Source: Gemmatimonas sp. (GTDB lineage: Bacteria; Gemmatimonadota; Gemmatimonadetes; Gemmatimonadales; Gemmatimonadaceae). From it: a stretch of DNA of 64,000 bases. The translations under genes were made by a program, and so were the position numbers. Shown here piece after piece: positions 56,206 to 64,000 of the stretch; the stretch's first letter is position 1, and every line of letters starts with the position of its first letter. The notes under the pieces were generated by a model. The model saw only the letters and a program-made list of their open reading frames with translations, was not told the DNA's origin and ran no database searches. The stretch lies in the NCBI GenBank assembly GCA_031414535.1, contig JANNVQ010000030.1, positions 144,936 to 208,935 on the forward strand, read 5' to 3'.

Positions 56206-57495
56206 CTATCGCGTGAGCGCACGGATGTGCCGTCGAATCTCCTTCAGGTAGCTGGCCTTGTGCACGTAGTAGGCCATGCGGTCAAGCTTGAGGTACTTGA
56301 AGCCGCCATCAATGCGCTGCGCGAAGTTCACTTTCTTCTCCCGCTGCAGGGCCAAGGCCGCAGGATGGCGCATGGTCAATCCCTTTAAATACAGCGCCAC
56401 CAGTTCCGCTTGTTCATAGCGGCCCTGCCAGCCGAGCCCACTGGCCTCCACCATGCCCATCACGAAGATGGAGTCGTCGGTGGGGTGCATCGCATTGAGG
56501 TAGAGCTGCGGCGCCGAACCCTTGGCCCAGTTGAGCGCCGTGCGCTCGACGAAGGGATAGTGAAGCGCATAGCCCGTAGCTTGCAGGATCACGTCGTACT
56601 CCGCACTCAGGCCATCCGCGAATATCACTCGCTTGCCCTCAACGGAGCTGATGTCCTTGCGGGCCGTGATATCGCCGTGCGCGAGATGATGCAGCACCAG
56701 CGAATTCATGACCGGGTGCGATTCGTACAGTTTGTAGTCGGGGTCTGGCAGGCCGTAGTCACTCGGCTTACCCACGACCAAGCGCACCATCAGGCCGTCA
56801 ATGCGCTGCTTCAAGGGCCGCGGCAATTGAATGAGCCCTCCGAGTGTATCTATGGGCCGACCTTTGAGGAACTTCGGTAAGAACCAGTAGCCGCGGCGCA
56901 CGCTCAGGTCCACGGACGCGGCGCTGCGTACGGCATCCACCGCGATGTCGGCGCCGGAGTTGCCGCAGCCCACCACGAGTACACGCTGGCCCGCCAACTG
57001 CTTGGGGGACTTGTACTGCGCCGAATGCATCAGCGTGCCCGTGAAATTGCCCGGCAGTGCTGGCTGATGCGGATGATGCAGCGTGCCCGTGGCAATCAGC
57101 ACGCCGGCGAAGCGTCTCGTGCGCGTTTGCCCACTTTGCTCGCTACTCAGGTTCCAGCCGCCTTCGGGATGCGGCTCGAGCCGTGTGACGCGGGTGGAGA
57201 ACTCGTACTTCTCGTGCAGGCCAAAGTGAGAAGCGAACTCCCGAAAGTACCGACGCAGCTCGTCGTGGCGCGGGTACGGCGCCACTTCGTCACGCATCGG
57301 GAACTCCGCGAACTCCGTCATGCGCTTGGACGAGATCAAATGCGCACTCTCATACACGGTGCTGTGCGGATTGTCGATGTCCCACAGGCCGCCCACATCG
57401 GAATGCTGCTCGAATCCGACGAAGGGCAGTCCGTGCTTCTGCAGTACGCGCGCGGTGGCGAGTCCCATCGGTCCCGCGCCAATCACCGCGTACAT
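56206..57495 (-). CDS. Flavin-containing monooxygenase
   Basis: GAGPMG, FTGTLMHSAQY (FxGxxxHxxxY), GCGNSG, ATGY. Confidence 0.92.
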   Translation of the reverse strand: MYAVIGAGPMGLATARVLQKHGLPFVGFEQHSDVGGLWDIDNPHSTVYESAHLISSKRMTEFAEFPMRDEVAPYPRHDELRRYFREFASHFGLHEKYEFSTRVTRLEPHPEGGWNLSSEQSGQTRTRRFAGVLIATGTLHHPHQPALPGNFTGTLMHSAQYKSPKQLAGQRVLVVGCGNSGADIAVDAVRSAASVDLSVRRGYWFLPKFLKGRPIDTLGGLIQLPRPLKQRIDGLMVRLVVGKPSDYGLPDPDYKLYESHPVMNSLVLHHLAHGDITARKDISSVEGKRVIFADGLSAEYDVILQATGYALHYPFVERTALNWAKGSAPQLYLNAMHPTDDSIFVMGMVEASGLGWQGRYEQAELVALYLKGLTMRHPAALALQREKKVNFAQRIDGGFKYLKLDRMAYYVHKASYLKEIRRHIRALTR

Positions 57496-57502
57496 TGGCC
57501 GC

Positions 57503-58416
<914 letters not shown>

Positions 58417-58420
<4 letters not shown>

Positions 58421-59076
58421 TGAAAGTGGCACTCCTCTTCCTTGTGCGTCCACGTGGGCAGCGAGTCGGGGTTGGGCTGGCCACGTTCTGGAAAGCGCCC
58501 CGAGAGCGACATACGGCGCACGGCGATGGCCACACGCGACGACAGGGTGTCTTGGTTGGTCAGGCGCACGGCCGGTGCGAAGGACACCGCGAGCCGCCAG
58601 TCGCCGCCGCGGTCAAACTCCACGACGTCGAGCGAGAAGCCGGAGCCGTGAATCATCAAGCAACGCGGCGTTGCGCCGGTGACATTGCGAATCTGCTTCG
58701 CCGTCTCGAACCACGCCGTCTTGGCGAGCGAGTCGGCGACGACTTGACGCGTAGCCTCAACCTCAAGGATCTGCACCTCTTCCTGCGGCCAGGAGCCGTC
58801 GCTGCCATCAAACCCTTGCGACGTGTACACAACGTCCCACTCACCTAGACGCTCGCGGTAGCCTTCGAGCGGCGAAGGCTGGATGTTAGGGCGCATGGCG
58901 CGCACCTGCCCGCCGCGGAGTGTGGCGATGTTCGTGCCGCTGAGCTGATCGAAGGGCGCGAGTCCAGCCGCAACGTCCGAGATGTCGCGACGTTCACCGC
59001 AGCCAAGGCTCGACACAAGGGCGCAGCAGGCGAGCGCCACACCGAGCTTCAAGCGACCGTTCATCACTGGCCTCAC
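58417..59076 (-). CDS. Hypothetical lipoprotein
   Basis: Lipobox-like SLGC after a hydrophobic stretch; coupled to hslU and argF by 4-nt overlaps. Confidence 0.65.
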
Positions 59077-60503
59077 AGGATGTATTTCCTCAGGTCTTCG
59101 TCCTCGGCGATAGCCCCGAGGCGGGCCCGCACCATCTTGGCGTCCACCACCATCGGGGCGCTACCGCGATCGGGCAATTCATACAGGAGTTCTTCGAGCA
59201 GGGTCGTCATCACGGTGTGCAGACGCCGCGCACCGATGTTCTCCATCTTGGCGTTGACCTGCGCGGCAATCTTCGCAATCTCGGCGATGCCTTCTGGCTT
59301 GAACGTGAGCTCGCACCCGTCGGCCTGCACCAAGGCGGCGTACTGCTTGGTCAGCGCGTTCTCCGGCTCCGTCATGATGCGCACGAAGTCCGCCTCGGTG
59401 AGCGGCTGCAACTCAACACGAATGGGAAAGCGGCCCTGCAGTTCGGGAATCAGGTCGCTGGGCTTCGACACGTGAAAGGCACCGGCGGCGATAAAGAGCA
59501 CGTGATCGGTCTTCACCATGCCGTGCCGCGTCTGCACGTTGCTGCCTTCGACGATCGGCAAGAGGTCGCGCTGCACGCCTTCGCGCGAGACATCGGGGCC
59601 ACCGAAGTCACCCTTGGTACCGGCGATTTTATCAATCTCGTCGAGGAAAATGATGCCCAAGGATTCCACGCGCTCGAGGGCATCCACAACGACATCGTCG
59701 AGGTCAATGAGCTTCTCGAATTCTTGGTCCAGCAGGATGCGTCGTGCCTCGCTCACCTTGACGGTGCGCTTCTTGGTGCGCTTGGGCAGAAAGTCGGAGA
59801 GCATGTCCGTGAAGTTCTGCATGCCCTCTGGCGCACCGGGCTGGGAGAGCGCGTCCATGACTGGCGCCTGCTGCGCAACTTCGACTTCGACCTCGCGCTG
59901 TTCAAGCTGTCCGTCGCGCAGGAGTTGCCTGAGCTTCTCTCGCGTGCGCTTGTGGCGCTCGTCGGCGAGGGTCTGGTCCTGTTGCACGTTGCCTTCCGGA
60001 CCCGCGACGAACACGCGCTCGGTTTCGCTCGCCGGCTTTGACGAGGCCAGGGGTGCTGGAAGCAGCAGATCGAGCAGGCGCTCGTCCACCTTATCGTTCG
60101 CGAGGTCTTCGACTTCAGACTCGCGCTCGGTGCGCACCATCTCGATGGCACTGTCCACGAGGTCGCGCACCATGCCTTCAACATCGCGGCCGACGTAGCC
60201 CACTTCCGTGAACTTTGAGGCCTCGACCTTCACGAAGGGCGCACCGGAGAGCTTCGCCAAGCGGCGCGCAATCTCCGTCTTGCCCACGCCCGTGGGGCCG
60301 ATGAGGATGATGTTGTTGGGCGAGATCTCGTGGCGGATGCTCTCCGGCGCGCGCTGGCGGCGCCAGCGATTACGCAGCGCGATGGCCACGGCCTTTTTGG
60401 CGTCCGCCTGCCCGACGATGTAGCGGTCCAACTCAGCGACGATGCGCCGTGGCGTGAGGTCCGCGAGACGGGCGAGGGCCTGCTCCGTGCGTGGACCCGT
60501 CAT
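59073..60503 (-). CDS. hslU: ATP-dependent protease ATPase subunit HslU
   Basis: GPTGVGKTE, GYVG, DEIDK, ENIGARRL. Confidence 0.97.
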   Translation of the reverse strand: MTGPRTEQALARLADLTPRRIVAELDRYIVGQADAKKAVAIALRNRWRRQRAPESIRHEISPNNIILIGPTGVGKTEIARRLAKLSGAPFVKVEASKFTEVGYVGRDVEGMVRDLVDSAIEMVRTERESEVEDLANDKVDERLLDLLLPAPLASSKPASETERVFVAGPEGNVQQDQTLADERHKRTREKLRQLLRDGQLEQREVEVEVAQQAPVMDALSQPGAPEGMQNFTDMLSDFLPKRTKKRTVKVSEARRILLDQEFEKLIDLDDVVVDALERVESLGIIFLDEIDKIAGTKGDFGGPDVSREGVQRDLLPIVEGSNVQTRHGMVKTDHVLFIAAGAFHVSKPSDLIPELQGRFPIRVELQPLTEADFVRIMTEPENALTKQYAALVQADGCELTFKPEGIAEIAKIAAQVNAKMENIGARRLHTVMTTLLEELLYELPDRGSAPMVVDAKMVRARLGAIAEDEDLRKYIL

Positions 60504-61048
60504 CAGCTCGTGGGCTCAACGACGGTGATGTGCGTGTTGGTGTACACGCAAATCTCGCCCGCAATGGTAAGCGCGCGCTTCACGATCTCCGCTGGCGGCA
60601 GGGACGTCTCACGGATGAGCGCGCGAGCCGCGGCCAAGGCATACGAGCCACCCGAACCGATGGCAAGAATGCCATCATCAGGTTCGATGAGCTCACCATT
60701 GCCGGAGATCAGGAAGCCGTGCTGGAGATCCACCACCACAAGCAGAGCCTCCAAGCGACGTAGCGCGCGATCCGAGCGCCAATCCTTGGCGAGCTCAACA
60801 GCGGCCTTGGGCAGATTCCCGGGGTGCCGCTCGAGCTTCTCTTCAAATCGCTCGAACAAGGTGAAGGCATCGGCCGCGGCACCGGCGAAACCGGCAAGCA
60901 CACGGCCGCCCTTCAGCGCGCGCACCTTAATGGCTCCCGCCTTCATCACAGTGTCGCCGACGGAGACCTGGCCATCGCCACCGATGGCGACCTTGCCGTC
61001 ACGGCGGACAGCGAGGATGGTGGTAGCGTGAAATACGGGGAGCGGCAT
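60503..61048 (-). CDS. hslV: ATP-dependent protease subunit HslV
   Basis: HATTIL, GDGQV, IGSGG, ICVYTN. Confidence 0.96.
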   Translation of the reverse strand: MPLPVFHATTILAVRRDGKVAIGGDGQVSVGDTVMKAGAIKVRALKGGRVLAGFAGAAADAFTLFERFEEKLERHPGNLPKAAVELAKDWRSDRALRRLEALLVVVDLQHGFLISGNGELIEPDDGILAIGSGGSYALAAARALIRETSLPPAEIVKRALTIAGEICVYTNTHITVVEPTS

Positions 61049-61101
61049 AGGAGGAATATACCGCGAAGCGGGCACGGGGCGCTGAGGTTGGCAGCGCTAA
61101 A

Positions 61102-62034
61102 TCAGGCCCGCGGATGCGCCCCGCGGTACACCTGCTTGAGCCGCTCCACGGAGGTATGCGTATAGATCTGCGTGGTGGAGACCGAGGCGTGACCCAACAG
61201 CTCTTGGACCGCGCGGAGGTCGGCCCCACCGTCGAGCAGATGCGTGGCGAAGGTATGCCGCAGCGCGTGCGCCGAGAGTCCCGCACCCTCATCCACTTGG
61301 GACAGCCAGTGGGTCACGGCGTTGTGCAGGGTCTTCTGACTCATCCGCGCACCGCGCTGACTGAGAAAGAACGCCATGCGGTCGGCCTTGGGACCAATCT
61401 TTGCAATGAGCTGATCGCGCACGCGTTCGTACTCGCGTAGGGCGCGCTGTGCCGGCGCCCCAATGGGCACGATGCGCTCCTTCCGTCCCTTGCCGCGCAC
61501 CTTCACGGAGCCGGCGAGCAGGTCAATATCGCGGCGATCAATGCCGCGCAATTCGGAGAGTCGTAAACCCGTGGAGTAGAACAGCTCGAGGATCGAAAGA
61601 TCCCGCAAGTCGTTGAACTTCCCGTCCTGCGCCCGCGTGGCGACGGCCGCGAGCAGGGTCTCCACCTGCGCACGGTCCAGATGGCCTGGCAGGTATTTCT
61701 CCAACTTGGGTGAGTTCACCGCTCGCGCGGGATTCGCCTCCACCAAATCGTTGCGATGCAGGAAACGGAAGAAGGATCTCGCCGCCGAGAGCGCGCGGGC
61801 GGCCGATCGCTTGGAGAGGCCGCGTCGCGAGAGATGCGCCAGCCAAGCCCTGAGTGCGAGGCGATCCACCTTGGCCCAGTCCAACTGCTCGGTGCCCAGA
61901 TGACGGGCGAGCACCTCGCGCAACTCGGTGAGGTCATGCGCGTACGCCGTCACGGTGTGCGGTGAGACGTCGCGCTCCTTCTCGAGATGCGTGAGGAAGG
62001 CGGCGACCAGATCCTCGCCGCCCGATTCAGTCAT
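61102..62034 (-). CDS. xerC: Tyrosine recombinase XerC
   Basis: TGLRLSEL, GKGRKER, HALRHTFATH, LGH, TTQIYTH; trmFO-xerC-hslVU synteny. Confidence 0.9.
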   Translation of the reverse strand: MTESGGEDLVAAFLTHLEKERDVSPHTVTAYAHDLTELREVLARHLGTEQLDWAKVDRLALRAWLAHLSRRGLSKRSAARALSAARSFFRFLHRNDLVEANPARAVNSPKLEKYLPGHLDRAQVETLLAAVATRAQDGKFNDLRDLSILELFYSTGLRLSELRGIDRRDIDLLAGSVKVRGKGRKERIVPIGAPAQRALREYERVRDQLIAKIGPKADRMAFFLSQRGARMSQKTLHNAVTHWLSQVDEGAGLSAHALRHTFATHLLDGGADLRAVQELLGHASVSTTQIYTHTSVERLKQVYRGAHPRA

Positions 62035-62554
62035 GCCGCGGGTTCACCGGTTCGCCAAAGTGCCCACCCAGCGCGATGAGGTACGAATCCACTGTGCGGT
62101 ATTTGCCGAGCAACTTCATGAGCGTGCGGAACACCGGGGATTCCACGAAGCCTTCCTCGGTGATCGAGACTTCCGTGCCTGAGGCCGAGGGTTGCACGTC
62201 ATAGAACCACGTGCCGCCCCAACCCTGGGCCTCCGCGTTCAGGATGGTCGTCTCCATAGAACGGCCCGGCACCACGCGACCAATCTCGACTTCGATGGTA
62301 CCCGCTCCCATGCCCATCACCTGACGCCAAGACTCCTTGCGCGCGCCCTGAATACGCTCAATGCTCGTGACGCTGGGCCACCACTCACGCTGTGCCCCGA
62401 TGTTGCGAATGACCTTGAAGACCGTGTCGGGCGTCGCCACCAGCGTGATGGTGCTCGTCACCACGTGCTCACGCGGCAGGCCACGCCCATGCAGGTAGGC
62501 ACCGCCAATCACGAGGACCATGACGACGAGCACCAACTTGATGAGGAACTTCAT
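62027..62554 (-). CDS. SRPBCC/polyketide cyclase-like family protein
   Basis: N-terminal TM, LPREHVV, WGGTW, GTEVSITEEG. Confidence 0.72.
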   Translation of the reverse strand: MKFLIKLVLVVMVLVIGGAYLHGRGLPREHVVTSTITLVATPDTVFKVIRNIGAQREWWPSVTSIERIQGARKESWRQVMGMGAGTIEVEIGRVVPGRSMETTILNAEAQGWGGTWFYDVQPSASGTEVSITEEGFVESPVFRTLMKLLGKYRTVDSYLIALGGHFGEPVNPRHD

Positions 62555-63900
62555 ACGCCAACTCCGGAGGGAGACACAGGCACAATGCCACACTCTAGAC
62601 GCCACGAGTCCAGCTCCAGTAACGCTCGCTCGGCATACTTGACGCGCTTCTCGACCTTGTCTCGCGGCGGACTCGCCAGTTCTTCCAACAACCCAAAATT
62701 CGCGTTCATCGGCTGGAAGTGCTTGGGGTCGGCGTCACGCAGGTAGCGGTACAGCGCCCCTAGCATGGTCGTAGGGGGCGGAACCACGGTCTGAAGGCCT
62801 CGGAGCAGGCGATCCAAATTGATGGCCGCCAGCAGCCCCGTGGCCGTGCTTTCCGTGTATCCCTCGACTCCCGTGAGTTGGCCAGCAAAAAGCGTCGTCG
62901 CGTTGTCGCGGAGGGCGAGGTGCGGGCTCAAGGCCGCTGGCGCGTTCAAGTACGAGTTGCGATGAATGCTGCCAAAGCGCAGGAACTCTGCATTGGCGAG
63001 CCCGGGAATCATCCGGACCACCTTCTGCTGCTCGCCGATGCGCATGCGGGTCTGGAAGCCCACGAGATTCCACATCCGGCCGGCCTTGTCCTCGCGCCGT
63101 AGCTGAATCACGGCCCAGGGACGCCGACCCGTGCGTGGATCAATGAGCCCCACCGGACGCATCGGTCCGTGCCGCAGCGTCTCGGGGCCACGACGCGCCA
63201 TCTCTTCCACCGGCATGCAGCCTTCGAAGTACGGCACGTCGTCAAACTCGTGCGCCGTGAACTGGTCCGCCGCGACAATCGCTGCGATGAAGGCATCGTA
63301 CTCTTCCTTGTTCATCGCACAGTTGAGGTAAGCCCCTTCCTCGCCGGCCTCAGCCATCGTCTCCTTGTCCCAGCGCGCCGCACGGAAGGCGACACTCTCA
63401 TCAATGCTCTCCGCCGCCAACACCGGCGCAATGGCGTCGTAGAAAGCGAGGCCGCTCACCCCAAGCCGTGCGCGAATCGCCTCGGCCAAGGCGTCACTGG
63501 TGAGTGGCCCCGTCGCGACGATGCCCACCTCAGGAAGCGCCGTGACCTCCTCGCGCGTCACCGTGATCCGCGGATGCGCGTGCACACGATCATGCACGGC
63601 CACCGAGAAGAGATCGCGATCCACGGCGAGTGCGGAGCCGGCGGGCACACGCGCCAAGTCGGCGGCCTCAAGCACGAGGCTGCCGAGTGCCCGCATCTCG
63701 GCCTTAAGCAAACCGTGCGCGTTGCTGGTCTCGGTGCTCTTGAATGTGTTGGAACACACGAGTTCCGCGAGCCGATCCGTCTTGTGCGCGGCCGTCGAGC
63801 GCACGCCACGCATCTCGTGCAAGTGCACGGTGTGCCCGCGCTCCGCCAACTGAAAAGCGGCCTCCCACCCCCCGAGGCCGCCACCCACCCCCGGAACCAC
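62551..63900 (-). CDS. trmFO: tRNA (uracil-54-C5) methyltransferase TrmFO; 5' end unreliable
   Basis: ELVCSNT, YFEGCMP, VGFQTR, GSIHRN, AGQLTGVEGYTES, PMNANFG. Confidence 0.92.
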   Translation of the reverse strand: MVPGVGGGLGGWEAAFQLAERGHTVHLHEMRGVRSTAAHKTDRLAELVCSNTFKSTETSNAHGLLKAEMRALGSLVLEAADLARVPAGSALAVDRDLFSVAVHDRVHAHPRITVTREEVTALPEVGIVATGPLTSDALAEAIRARLGVSGLAFYDAIAPVLAAESIDESVAFRAARWDKETMAEAGEEGAYLNCAMNKEEYDAFIAAIVAADQFTAHEFDDVPYFEGCMPVEEMARRGPETLRHGPMRPVGLIDPRTGRRPWAVIQLRREDKAGRMWNLVGFQTRMRIGEQQKVVRMIPGLANAEFLRFGSIHRNSYLNAPAALSPHLALRDNATTLFAGQLTGVEGYTESTATGLLAAINLDRLLRGLQTVVPPPTTMLGALYRYLRDADPKHFQPMNANFGLLEELASPPRDKVEKRVKYAERALLELDSWRLECGIVPVSPSGVGV

Positions 63901-64000
63901 AGGGAAATAAGTAACGCTGGCACAGCCACCCCGCCGTACGTCCCCACGGCTACCACGAAGTACCACACGTTTGCGCACGTCAGGCCCATTAGGTAGTTCC

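Noticed and set aside
61102..62034. Tyrosine recombinase as a prophage or island integrase
   Set aside because: It sits in the housekeeping trmFO-xerC-hslV-hslU order, with no att sites or mobile cargo seen

Overview
High-GC, densely coded bacterial chromosomal segment. The gene content and protein styles suggest Gemmatimonadota (inference). Housekeeping blocks: the F0+delta half of an ATP synthase operon, hemH-hemA, gcvT, trmFO-xerC-hslVU-argF, an isocitrate-family dehydrogenase, an acyl-CoA dehydrogenase and cstA. Accessory blocks: a GH109/SSS/kinase/nucleotidyltransferase/MFS sugar-salvage operon, a giant Ig-repeat protein with a Ser/Thr kinase, an RHH + nucleotidyltransferase pair, and an FMO/BASS/epimerase trio. 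Two small genes are missing from the ORF track. One is a YbdD/YjiX-family gene (14341-14514). The other, the most interesting signal, is a 23-aa peptide ORF (46805-46876, minus strand, MSIITSIIAAMAAFVMGDSHSWN) with a perfect Shine-Dalgarno and a ~200-nt structured leader, directly upstream of a multi-TM HD-GYP phosphodiesterase that converges on a BTAD/AAA regulator. This is a candidate peptide-signal/c-di-GMP system. Two families of REP-like palindromic repeats occur in intergenic spaces. No rRNA, tRNA, CRISPR array or transposase was recognised. Several start codons were moved from the ORF track using start/stop overlaps and protein N-termini.
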